From contig JBGSZS010000019.1 in the NCBI GenBank assembly GCA_041750285.1, positions 128,001 to 192,000 on the forward strand: a DNA stretch of 64,000 nucleotides, given 5' to 3'. The notes beneath the pieces were generated by a model. That model had not been told where the DNA came from. It saw only the letters and a program-made list of their open reading frames with translations, and ran no database searches. This document shows positions 20,075-31,841 of this stretch, piece by piece. The DNA is from Candidatus Fermentibacteraceae bacterium (GTDB lineage: Bacteria; Fermentibacterota; Fermentibacteria; Fermentibacterales; JCC-6). The position numbers were made by a program, and so were the translations under genes. Position 1 is the stretch's first letter. The number at the start of each line of letters is the position of its first letter.

Positions 20075-21228
20075 CCGGTACTGAACCTTCAGGCAAGATA
20101 TCCTGGCTGTGGAAACAGGTGGAGGACGCCCGGGATGCGAAAGATGCCGAGCGAGCCCGGGAAGGGCTCAGCAGGCTGCTGGCTTCACAGGAGATAAGGG
20201 GCACGCCGGACAGGGACCTTGCCCTGCTTTACCTTGCCCAACTGGAGATGGAGGAGGGAAGGGTTTCCGATGTGGCAAGAAGGCTTCAGGACTTTCAGTG
20301 GCACGGCATCCCCGGACCGGCGGCCCTGCTTCTGGCATCGGACATCTTCATGAGGCTTGACTGGTACGAAAGGTCCCTCGAGGCCATGACCGGATATCTC
20401 GAGCACTACCCTCAGGATACCGACGCACTTAGAAAAAGGGGGCTCCTCCTGCTCATGCTCAACCGCGACCCCGAAGCCGAGAAGATCCTGAACTCGGTTG
20501 CCCGGCGGGAGAAGTACCGGATTCCCTCTACACTCTCCTATCTGGCTATGCTCGAAGCAAAGAGGGGCAACCTGGAGGAGAGCCTGCACCTGCTTCTGCA
20601 GGCCCGTGACCTTGCCCCGTTCGACGAGAGGATCGAGCACACCCTCCTGCGCATCGAAGCCCTCAGGGTGAGGTTTCGTAGATCGGTCATCGAACACGAC
20701 GACATCCCCCTCGAAAACGCCGTGTCCGGCATGGCCGCCGGAATGCTGGGGCTTCACGGCTACAGCAGGGAAAAGGCCCGCAGGGCCGCGTACCTGTGGA
20801 GCCACTTCTGCGCCCTGAAAAAACCAGCGGGGAGGAAACCCGCCATCTGGGCCGCCGCGCTGGAGTACGCGGTCACCCGGAACGGCCCCCACTACACACA
20901 GGAGCAGCTGGCCGGGGAGTATGGGGTCTCGGCCACTCAATTGGGTGAGCATTACCGTCTGCTTGCGGCCACGGTTGACATCGACAGCCCGTTCGATCCC
21001 CTCGACGAGGCCGCACGGGAAGGTGAGAACCTGAGCCTCGAGACCCGCAGGGAAGAGATGGCCGATGTTCTCGCCGGGCTTTCCGGAAGGCTGGGAACGT
21101 TTTCCGAACCAGGTGATGCTGTCGAGTGGGTATTGAAGCAGGTCCCTCCCCTTGACGAACCACAGCGCCGGGAAGTTGAGGACTTTGTAGCATATATCTG
21201 GCGAAAGCACAGGCGTACAGGGATTTAA
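20071..21228 (+). CDS. TPR protein with C-terminal TFIIB/cyclin-like HTH domain
   Basis: Several TPR repeats, then GRKPAIWAAALEY...TQEQLAGEYGVS...HYRLL; ATGA-coupled to the upstream gene. Confidence 0.7.
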   Translation: MTGTEPSGKISWLWKQVEDARDAKDAERAREGLSRLLASQEIRGTPDRDLALLYLAQLEMEEGRVSDVARRLQDFQWHGIPGPAALLLASDIFMRLDWYERSLEAMTGYLEHYPQDTDALRKRGLLLLMLNRDPEAEKILNSVARREKYRIPSTLSYLAMLEAKRGNLEESLHLLLQARDLAPFDERIEHTLLRIEALRVRFRRSVIEHDDIPLENAVSGMAAGMLGLHGYSREKARRAAYLWSHFCALKKPAGRKPAIWAAALEYAVTRNGPHYTQEQLAGEYGVSATQLGEHYRLLAATVDIDSPFDPLDEAAREGENLSLETRREEMADVLAGLSGRLGTFSEPGDAVEWVLKQVPPLDEPQRREVEDFVAYIWRKHRRTGI

Positions 21229-21240
21229 GCCGAATCGTCG

Positions 21241-21269
21241 TTGCGCCGTAAAGCTTCATCCGCTATATT
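21241..21269 (+). promoter_or_regulatory. Putative sigma70 promoter of ppdK
   Basis: TTGCGC-N17-TATATT. Confidence 0.45.
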
Positions 21270-21321
21270 TTGACTCTCAGACCATTTTCCTTTCTCAATC
21301 AACCCAGAGGACACGAAACTG

Positions 21322-24090
<2,769 letters not shown>

Positions 24091-24102
24091 GAGGGAAACG
24101 CC

Positions 24103-26427
24103 CTGAAAAGGCCTGAAGTGCTTCTGGCCATGGGCGGGTCCACACTGCGGGAAACCACCGTTGAGGCCCTTCTGAAGGAGGGTCTCACGGTATTGACTGC
24201 CGACAACGGCATGAAGGCCGCCGGTCTGGCCTGTGACAGCAGACCGGGCGTCGTTGTGGCTTCTGCGCTTCTGCCCTTTCTGGACGGCATCCGCCTTTGC
24301 CGGTTCCTGAAGTCCCATCCGGGAACGGTGGGAACACCAGTGGTGATCTTCATTCCCGACGGCAACCGGAACCTGAGGTTCAGGGCAGAGCTGGCCGGCG
24401 CCGACGCCGTCCTGCCCTATTCGCACCCGGCGCCAAGCCTCGCCAGAAAGCTTTCCACCCTTGCAGCTGGGAACCCTGCGGGCGGCTCGTCCACCCACCC
24501 CGACAGCGACCAGATCCTGCATTCGCTTTCCGAAACCCTGCTGGAGCAGCTCGAGCGGCTCGAGACAGTTGCGGGGCTCGCCGAAGGCTTGAGAACCTCG
24601 GTGACCGTCCAGGAGCTCTTCAGAAGGCTTGCAGTTGCGGTTCTTGTTGGACTGGGATTCGAAAGGGTCTGGGGTGGCGGCAGGCACCCCGATGGAACCC
24701 GCTTTGAAGTGCACGTTGCCATGGGCACCGGAATCTCCCGGAAGCCCATCGAACTCCGCCAGTCCGATTCGCCTGCGGCCATCGCCGTGAGAGAACGGAG
24801 GCAGGTGCGTTCCTCAACTCTCGACGCTCCTCCCGGAATAATCGAGTGGTCCGGAACCTTTGACTACCTTGACACTCCAATAGTTGCGGGTGGCGAAGTC
24901 CTCGGCCTGGTCAGGACCGACAGGGGGGCGACGGGACGACCCTTCACGCCTTGGGCCGCCGAGGGTGTCAGGATACTGGCAGACATGGCTGCTGGAAACC
25001 TGCTCGGCATGATGGCCCAGGAAAAGGTGGCAAGGTGCCTCGACGAATCCGCTGAACTGCTGAATGCCCTCGAAAGCGCTGTTGTCTGCGTTGATTCACG
25101 TGGGCTCATAACCGAGGCCAGGGGCAACACAAGTGCCCTTCTGGGGCGCGAATCCCATCATCTGGTGGGTGAGAGCTTCAAGGCGGCCGTGGTTCTCAGG
25201 GGTGTCGATCAGGAGGACCTTGCGGCATCGGCTTTCGCCGGGAATCCTGAGAGCGCCTCGGGTGTGATAGCCGACAACGCCAACGAAAGGGTCCTCGAGG
25301 TCAGGTATCTGCCGGGACGGGTCAGGGGACGCAGTGTTGAGAGCGTGAAGATCATCTTCAGCGACATGACCCGTGAGTATCAGCTTGGCCTCGAACTGCA
25401 GGACAGGACCCAGGAACTCGAGACGATATCGGGCATTTCCAGGGAACTCCAGGCCGTCTCCGACATCGACTCGGTCTGCTCCACACTGCTGAAAACCCTT
25501 CAGAGGCTCTACCCCAGGGAATGCCTGTCAATCCTTCTCGCGGGAAGCCTTGACGAGGGGGCTGTTCCCGAGGTCATGGTGGTCAAGGCGGAAAGGGGCT
25601 ACAGGGAAGAGTGGTCACCCGTGGGCCAGGTCCTCAAGATGACACCCGGCGGCAGGGGCGCCGTTCTCAGGGCCGTGTACTCCGCAAGACCCGTCAACAT
25701 CCGTGACACGGGCCAGACCATCGACTACGTTGCGAATCAGGAAGGCATCGCAAGCGAACTTGTCGTGCCCATGGTCAGCCAGGGAAGGATCGTCGGCGTC
25801 ATAGACCTTCAGAGTCCGGTCGCCTACCGTTACGAATCCGATGACGTCAGAAGGATACAGAAGATAGCCGAGCAGGCAGCAGGTGCAGTCGAAAGCGCTC
25901 TGATGCAGGACGAGCTTTTCGACATGGCCCGCCGGGACAGACTGACCGGCCTGCACAATCTCAGATACTTCGAGGAGAAGTACGCGGAGGAGTTCGACAG
26001 AGCCAGCCGGTACGGATACCCTTTTTCCCTCATCGTTCTGGATATCGACGATTTCAAGGTCTACAACGACACCTTCGGCCATCCCATGGGCAACCTGCTT
26101 TTGAAAAGGCTCACCGTTGCAGTGAGGAACGCCCTTCGCGAGGTTGACATACCCGTTCGCTACGGTGGCGAGGAGTTCGTTTGCATCCTTCCGCTGACAG
26201 ACATCAGGGTCGCCGAGGAGGTCGCCGAACGGATCAGGCAAAGGGTGCTGGACGCCAACCCGGACATACCGCATGCCGAGACGCAACCGGGAGGCTGTGT
26301 CAGCGTGAGCCTGGGCGTTGCGAGCTTCCCGGTTGACAGCAGGGAGCGCGACGAATTGTTCGAGATCGCCGACCAGCGCATGTACAGCGCCAAGAGAGCC
26401 GGCAAGAACCGTGTCTGTGCCCGCTGA
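24103..26427 (+). CDS. Diguanylate cyclase: pseudo-receiver + GAF + PAS + GAF + GGDEF
   Basis: DRLTGLHN, LDIDDFKVYNDTFGH, RxxD I-site (REVD), RYGGEEF; start is either CTG 24103 (best RBS spacing) or GTG 24118. Confidence 0.88.
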   Translation: MKRPEVLLAMGGSTLRETTVEALLKEGLTVLTADNGMKAAGLACDSRPGVVVASALLPFLDGIRLCRFLKSHPGTVGTPVVIFIPDGNRNLRFRAELAGADAVLPYSHPAPSLARKLSTLAAGNPAGGSSTHPDSDQILHSLSETLLEQLERLETVAGLAEGLRTSVTVQELFRRLAVAVLVGLGFERVWGGGRHPDGTRFEVHVAMGTGISRKPIELRQSDSPAAIAVRERRQVRSSTLDAPPGIIEWSGTFDYLDTPIVAGGEVLGLVRTDRGATGRPFTPWAAEGVRILADMAAGNLLGMMAQEKVARCLDESAELLNALESAVVCVDSRGLITEARGNTSALLGRESHHLVGESFKAAVVLRGVDQEDLAASAFAGNPESASGVIADNANERVLEVRYLPGRVRGRSVESVKIIFSDMTREYQLGLELQDRTQELETISGISRELQAVSDIDSVCSTLLKTLQRLYPRECLSILLAGSLDEGAVPEVMVVKAERGYREEWSPVGQVLKMTPGGRGAVLRAVYSARPVNIRDTGQTIDYVANQEGIASELVVPMVSQGRIVGVIDLQSPVAYRYESDDVRRIQKIAEQAAGAVESALMQDELFDMARRDRLTGLHNLRYFEEKYAEEFDRASRYGYPFSLIVLDIDDFKVYNDTFGHPMGNLLLKRLTVAVRNALREVDIPVRYGGEEFVCILPLTDIRVAEEVAERIRQRVLDANPDIPHAETQPGGCVSVSLGVASFPVDSRERDELFEIADQRMYSAKRAGKNRVCAR

Positions 26428-26431
26428 GACC

Positions 26432-27544
26432 ATGTTCCCCGACGTTGTCGTAAGAAGCGGTTTTCAGGGCTACGACCGCCGGATCATCATGGCCGCCCTG
26501 CAGGAGATGGTGAACTGCATCGGCGGATGGCCGGACCGGGCGGTTTCCGGGGCGAAGGTGCTTCTCAAGGTCAACATGCTCTCCGCCAAAAGTCCCGAAA
26601 GGGGGATAACCACCCATCCCGAGGTCGCGGCGGCAGTGGGGCTCCTTTTGAAGGCCCGGGGTTGTGACGTTTTCGTGGGCGACAGCCCGGGCGGAGCGGT
26701 GAAGGGTGTGGAAAGGTACTGGAAGAACTGCGGCTTTCTGGAGATGTCCCGGGAGACCGGCATAGGCCTTGTGAACTTCGAAAGCTCGGGTTCGAGAAGG
26801 ATTGAAGTGAGGGGCAGGTCTTACAACGTTGCCGTTCCGGTCATCGAGGGTTTCGACGTCAGGATCAACCTGTGCAAGTTCAAGACCCACTCCTACTGCC
26901 GGATGACGAACGCGGTCAAGAACAGCTTCGGCATCGTTCCGGGACTTGGAAAGGCCATGCTTCACACCATTTCGCCCCGTCCCCGTGATCTGGCCATCAA
27001 CATCGTGGACCTTTACGAGGCCGCGCGTTTCGACCTGCACATTTCCGACGCCATAATCGCCATGGACGGCAGGGGTCCCAGCACCGACGGCACCCCAAGG
27101 CCGGACGGGGTCCTCGCCATGGCGCGTGACGGCGTGTGCATGGATGCTGCCATGTGCGCAATGGCGGGTCTGCCCCCGCTCGAACTTGACACGACCCGTG
27201 AAGCCAGGAGAAGGGGGCTCGGCAAGGCTCCGGAAGAGATCGTGACCGACGGAGACCACCGGTTCGAGAACTTCCGCATTCCCGGGCAGTCATGGCTGAA
27301 CAACGTTCCGCCGTTCATGGGAACCGTGGTCAGGGCTTTGCTCAGGGTGGCGCCCCGTTCAAACGGGAATTGCACGGGTTGCGGTTTCTGCGCACGGAGC
27401 TGCCCGGTCGACGCCATAGTAGTTAAGAGAAACAGAGCGGTGATGAAGAGGGGCAAATGCATCATGTGTCTGTGCTGTCACGAGTTGTGTCCCGAGAACG
27501 CAGTGGAGATAAAGTCGCCCTTCCTGAGGCGGACCAGGCGATGA
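26432..27544 (+). CDS. DUF362 domain protein with C-terminal 2x[4Fe-4S] ferredoxin
   Basis: VLLKVN, TTHP, KFKTH, AVKNSFG, GRGP; CTGCGFCARSCP and CIMCLCCHELCP. Confidence 0.88.
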   Translation: MFPDVVVRSGFQGYDRRIIMAALQEMVNCIGGWPDRAVSGAKVLLKVNMLSAKSPERGITTHPEVAAAVGLLLKARGCDVFVGDSPGGAVKGVERYWKNCGFLEMSRETGIGLVNFESSGSRRIEVRGRSYNVAVPVIEGFDVRINLCKFKTHSYCRMTNAVKNSFGIVPGLGKAMLHTISPRPRDLAINIVDLYEAARFDLHISDAIIAMDGRGPSTDGTPRPDGVLAMARDGVCMDAAMCAMAGLPPLELDTTREARRRGLGKAPEEIVTDGDHRFENFRIPGQSWLNNVPPFMGTVVRALLRVAPRSNGNCTGCGFCARSCPVDAIVVKRNRAVMKRGKCIMCLCCHELCPENAVEIKSPFLRRTRR

Positions 27545-28476
27545 GCGGCCCGGGGATGAGTTTCAGCCATCGCCTTCAGTACGCCGCCATCAGGTTCGTG
27601 TCGGCGATGCTCAACGCGGCCCCCCTCGGCGCTGCCCTGGCTGTCGGATCTCTGCTGGGGAGGATATGCTGGAGCGTCCTCGGGGTCCGCAGGGGCGTCT
27701 GCCGTGTGAACATCCACCAGGCGTTCCCGGACCTGCCCCGCAGGGAGACCGACCGTATTGGACGGGATTCCTACCGGAACGCCGGAAGGTTCATGGTCGA
27801 GTTCGCAAGGCAGCCGGGTATGGGGCGCGCCTACGCGGAGAAGTACGTCACCGTGGAACCCACGCCTGCCCTGCGGGAGTTTCTCGAGATCCCGACCGGT
27901 CTTCTGGCCATCAGTTTTCACTTCGGCAACTGGGAGTACGGCGGCATCATGACCGGCTTTTTGAAGCCGGGCACCGCCTTCCTCGTGGGCGAACAGCGGA
28001 ACGAGCTTGTGGACGGATACATCAACAGGCTCAGGGGTTCTCACGGGAACACCCTGCTCACGCGCGACGCAGCGATGAGGGGGATAATCGGCATCGCGAA
28101 GAACGGTGGCGCGGCAAGCTGGCTCAGCGATCAGGACGCCGGGAAGAACGGCATCGTGGTCCCCTTCTTCGGTTATCCGGCATCCACTCCCCGGGGGGCT
28201 GCGGCATTCAGCGTGAAACTCGGAATTCCCATCGCCTGCAGCTTTATGGTGAGGGTTCGTGGTCCCCATCAGAAGTTCGTTCTCAGGGCGGTGCTTCACC
28301 CCCGGACAGACCTTCCGCGGGACGAGGCCGAAAAGGACATCACCATGAGGTATACGAAGGTTCTTGAAGACGCCGTGAGGGAGAACCCCGACCATTACTG
28401 GTGGGCACACCGGAGATGGAAGACGACCGGGCTTTACAGAAAAGTTGAGAACACGCCAAAGGGTGTTCGGGCATGA
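27541..28476 (+). CDS. lpxL: Lipid A biosynthesis acyltransferase (LpxL/HtrB family)
   Basis: HFGNWE, LSDQD, VPFFG, PDHYWWAHRRWK motifs. Confidence 0.85.
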   Translation: MSGPGMSFSHRLQYAAIRFVSAMLNAAPLGAALAVGSLLGRICWSVLGVRRGVCRVNIHQAFPDLPRRETDRIGRDSYRNAGRFMVEFARQPGMGRAYAEKYVTVEPTPALREFLEIPTGLLAISFHFGNWEYGGIMTGFLKPGTAFLVGEQRNELVDGYINRLRGSHGNTLLTRDAAMRGIIGIAKNGGAASWLSDQDAGKNGIVVPFFGYPASTPRGAAAFSVKLGIPIACSFMVRVRGPHQKFVLRAVLHPRTDLPRDEAEKDITMRYTKVLEDAVRENPDHYWWAHRRWKTTGLYRKVENTPKGVRA

Positions 28477-28530
28477 TTCCCGCCGGACGACCGGGCAACC
28501 GGGCGTTCGACGACTGACGATGATCGGGGG

Positions 28531-29580
28531 GTGATGATGAGCTGTTTTCTTCTTTGCCTTGGTCTTTTTTCCGGGGACATTTACGACCCCGGAGCGGGAG
28601 CGTTCATCGACGAGGCCGGTTACTATCACGAGGCGTTCGCACTGGGGGATTCCTGCTACCGGGCTTCCGACTATGAGGGCGCGGCCGGGTTCTACCTTGA
28701 AGGGCTGAGAGCCCAGCCCTGGGACGCGACGTACATATACAACCTGTCGTGCTGTTTCGGCCTCCTGGAGAGGGCGGACCTTGCCGCCCTGTACCTGAGG
28801 CGTGCCTGGAACGCCGGTTTCACGAACATGACGTTCGTTCTTGAAGACAGGGACTTCGAGCGCGTCAGGGGGGTCGAACCGTTCAGTTCCCTGGTCGACA
28901 GCCTGTCGGAAGTGTCGCTGAACGAAGCCGCCCTGGAGGGGGAACTGATCGTCCTCCGCACGACGGGGCCCTTCGAGTGCCGTGTGAACACGCCCGAAGG
29001 GTATGACGGCACCGAGACCCTTCCTCTTTTGATCGGTCTGCACGGCGTGGGTGGCACACCGGAGGGGTTCATGCGCCTCTGGAACGTTGCGCGTGAGTTT
29101 CCGTGCATCATGGCGGTTCCCCAGGCGCCCTGCCCCTTCGACACGGGTGAAGGACTTGGGTACAGCTGGTTCGAGGACGGGTTCCCGATGGCGAGCTCAC
29201 GGGACTACATCATGGCCGTTCTTGATTCCCTGGAGGGAAGGTACAACGTCGGGGCCGTATATCTTTTCGGCTACTCGCAGGGTGCGGGGATGGCACTCAT
29301 GACCGGGCTTCACGCACCCGAACGGTTCGACGGGCTGGCTGCGTTCAGTGGCTGGCTCCCCGAAGAGCTGACCGACCACGAGATCCAGGCGGCCGCGGGC
29401 ATGCCCGTGCGGATCGTGCACGGTGAACAGGACGGCGCGGTGACCTTCGAGAACGCAATGCATGCCGTGTCGGTCCTGGCGGCTCACGGCTACGACGTCG
29501 GGCTGCTTTCGTTCCAGGGTGAGCACCGCTTCGAGGCCGGGCTGTTCCGGCAGGTACTGGAGGAGTTCCTGGGGCGGTAG
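28531..29580 (+). CDS. Secreted TPR + alpha/beta-hydrolase (phospholipase/carboxylesterase)
   Basis: YNLSCCFGLL TPR; LHGVG, GYSQG nucleophile, HGEQD, GEH catalytic triad pattern. Confidence 0.8.
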   Translation: MMMSCFLLCLGLFSGDIYDPGAGAFIDEAGYYHEAFALGDSCYRASDYEGAAGFYLEGLRAQPWDATYIYNLSCCFGLLERADLAALYLRRAWNAGFTNMTFVLEDRDFERVRGVEPFSSLVDSLSEVSLNEAALEGELIVLRTTGPFECRVNTPEGYDGTETLPLLIGLHGVGGTPEGFMRLWNVAREFPCIMAVPQAPCPFDTGEGLGYSWFEDGFPMASSRDYIMAVLDSLEGRYNVGAVYLFGYSQGAGMALMTGLHAPERFDGLAAFSGWLPEELTDHEIQAAAGMPVRIVHGEQDGAVTFENAMHAVSVLAAHGYDVGLLSFQGEHRFEAGLFRQVLEEFLGR

Positions 29581-29593
29581 CGGTCCCCTCTCC

Positions 29594-30700
29594 CTAGTTC
29601 AGATTCAGCACGTACAGCCTCTGGAAGCCATCCGCGGGGTCGGCCTCCCATGCCAGGATGCCCCTTGGGGAGATGCTGAAGGTCCAACTCCAACCCTGTT
29701 CAGGGAACGCAACCTGCCGGACCCGGTTCCCCGTTGCGTCGAAGACGTCGAACAAGGGAGAGTCCGAAGTGCCCCTCTGTACCCAGAGATTGCCGTCGGG
29801 TCCCACACCCAGAGCCACCACCATGTCCCTGAAGGGTTCGGGCTCGAACTCGAAGGGCATGCCGCCCCCCATGTTCTGTATGTACTGTGTTACGTAGGCC
29901 TTTTCCTCGGCGATCTCCTCCGGGGTCTTGGGCACGGGCTCAAGGTCGAGCGAAGCCCTGAAGAACTCCTCACCCGACGCGTTCCAACCGACAATACCGT
30001 ATTCCTCCCCGCTCTTCTCCGAGAAATACACGGAGCCGGCGCCGTCGCCCTCGAGACAGAATGCGTCGAGCAGTTCCGTGATGAACATGGAAGGGTTCTC
30101 CATGAGGTCTCCCGGAGTTGCGGTGAGGGAATCCTCCCACAGAACGGTGTCGAAATCCTCTTCGCCAACCGTGTAGATGACTATGCGACGGTTCATCAGG
30201 ATCACTTCGCCGACCATGTCAGCATCGATCTTGTAGGACGCGAAGGTGCTGTCGGAAAGGGGAACCGACTGCATCGGTGGATTCTGGGTCCAGTGGCTGA
30301 TCTCGCTTTCCAGCCTCAGGCTGTCGTCGAACACCACGAAGCCCTGCTTCATCATCTCCAGGACCATGACGTTTCCATCCGGCATCTGGAAGAATTCCCA
30401 TGGCATGTTGAGCTCACCCGGGCCACCGCCCCGCCTTGACACCTGGGCGAGATACTCGCCCTCCGGATCGAACACCTTTATGCAGGCGCCCTGCCTGTCA
30501 AGCACCAGGATCCTGCCGTCCTGCATGATCAGGGCGTCCTGGATGAGGCCGAAGGTGGATGTGGAATCGCCAAGTTCCTCCCCGATGGACATGACTGCTG
30601 CGAGAGTGTCTACCGGCAGCGCGGATTCGTCGGCTGAAGGCGCCGGGGGGTTGCCGCAGGCGAAGAGGGCAAGGAGGAGTGCAACACTGATCCTTTTCAT
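29594..30700 (-). CDS. 6-bladed beta-propeller lipoprotein
   Basis: Lipobox LFAC; DGRILVLD...IKVFDPEG...GGGPGEL and FDVFD repeats. Confidence 0.75.
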   Translation of the reverse strand: MKRISVALLLALFACGNPPAPSADESALPVDTLAAVMSIGEELGDSTSTFGLIQDALIMQDGRILVLDRQGACIKVFDPEGEYLAQVSRRGGGPGELNMPWEFFQMPDGNVMVLEMMKQGFVVFDDSLRLESEISHWTQNPPMQSVPLSDSTFASYKIDADMVGEVILMNRRIVIYTVGEEDFDTVLWEDSLTATPGDLMENPSMFITELLDAFCLEGDGAGSVYFSEKSGEEYGIVGWNASGEEFFRASLDLEPVPKTPEEIAEEKAYVTQYIQNMGGGMPFEFEPEPFRDMVVALGVGPDGNLWVQRGTSDSPLFDVFDATGNRVRQVAFPEQGWSWTFSISPRGILAWEADPADGFQRLYVLNLN

Positions 30701-30781
30701 GATGATCCTCTCTGTTGATGGTTCCAGTGTGGGGATGTGACGAACAATATAGTGAAGCGAACGGTCATCGACTGAATGGCG

Positions 30782-30790
30782 TGTTATAAT
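30782..30790 (+). promoter_or_regulatory. Extended -10 promoter of gpsA
   Basis: Perfect TGnTATAAT upstream of the GGAGG RBS. Confidence 0.55.
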
Positions 30791-30816
30791 CCACCATGAA
30801 GAGGTGGAGGACAGAA

Positions 30817-31791
30817 ATGAAACAGGCGGTTCTCGGGTGCGGCCGATGGGGCAGCTTTCACCTGTGGTACGGCGCCGGGCTCGGTCACATCATGTCGGGA
30901 TGGGAACCCGCCGGAAGCGAACCCTTCCGCGATCTCGTCCAGTTCCGTCGGAACGCCTTTCTTTCCATTCCTGAAAGCGTCCTGCTGACGACATCCCTCA
31001 CCGATGCGATCAGGGATGCTCAACAGATCGTCGTTTCCTGCCCCGCCCAGTCCTTTCGAAGCCTGGCCCGGGCACTTTCCGGGCATGATCTTTCAGCCGT
31101 CGATCTTGTGCTGTGCATGAAGGGCCTTGAGTCAGGCACGGGTAAAAGGCTTTCCACCGTGGCATTCGAGGAGGGGGTCAAACCCCTTTCCCTGAGCACA
31201 TGGGTGGGTCCGGGGCACCCGCAGGAGTTCGTCAAGGGCGTTCCGGGGTGCATGATCGTGGCATCCGGGAACGAGGCTGCTGCGGTAAGGGTTTCTGCAA
31301 CCGCGTCTTCCCCGCTCATCAGGATCTACCACAGCCGGGACCTGACAGGCTGCGAGATCGGGGCAGCGGCGAAGAACGTCATAGGTATCGCGGCTGGAAT
31401 GCTTGACGGAAAGGGCATGACCGGGCTGAAGGGCGCACTGATGGCGAGGGGACCGCAGGAGGTCGCCCGTCTCGTCTCCGCAGCGGGTGGCGATTGGCGA
31501 AGTGTTTACGGGCTGAGCCATCTTGGTGATTACGAAGCCACTCTTTTCTCTCCCTGGAGCAGGAACAGGGCCTGGGGTGAGGCCTTCGTCCGGGGCGGGA
31601 GGGTGACCGGGCTCGCTGAAGGCGTTCCCACAAGCGAAGCCCTTCTGATGCTTGCCCGTGACCTTGGTGTGGAACTGCCCATCACCGGGATGGTTGCGGG
31701 CATGATCAGTGGCGTGATAAGTTTCGAGGATGCGGTGGAAACCCTGTTCGGAAGACCGATGAAGGAGGAGTTTCCGGACATCCTTCGCTGA
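30817..31791 (+). CDS. gpsA: NAD(P)H-dependent glycerol-3-phosphate dehydrogenase
   Basis: GCGRWG, CMKGLE, AAKNVIGIAAG, GLSHLGD, SRNR, AEGV motifs. Confidence 0.9.
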   Translation: MKQAVLGCGRWGSFHLWYGAGLGHIMSGWEPAGSEPFRDLVQFRRNAFLSIPESVLLTTSLTDAIRDAQQIVVSCPAQSFRSLARALSGHDLSAVDLVLCMKGLESGTGKRLSTVAFEEGVKPLSLSTWVGPGHPQEFVKGVPGCMIVASGNEAAAVRVSATASSPLIRIYHSRDLTGCEIGAAAKNVIGIAAGMLDGKGMTGLKGALMARGPQEVARLVSAAGGDWRSVYGLSHLGDYEATLFSPWSRNRAWGEAFVRGGRVTGLAEGVPTSEALLMLARDLGVELPITGMVAGMISGVISFEDAVETLFGRPMKEEFPDILR

Positions 31792-31841
31792 TGCGCCCGA
31801 GCCGTTTTGAAACGATCCGTTCCGAAAGTATCTTACACTCT

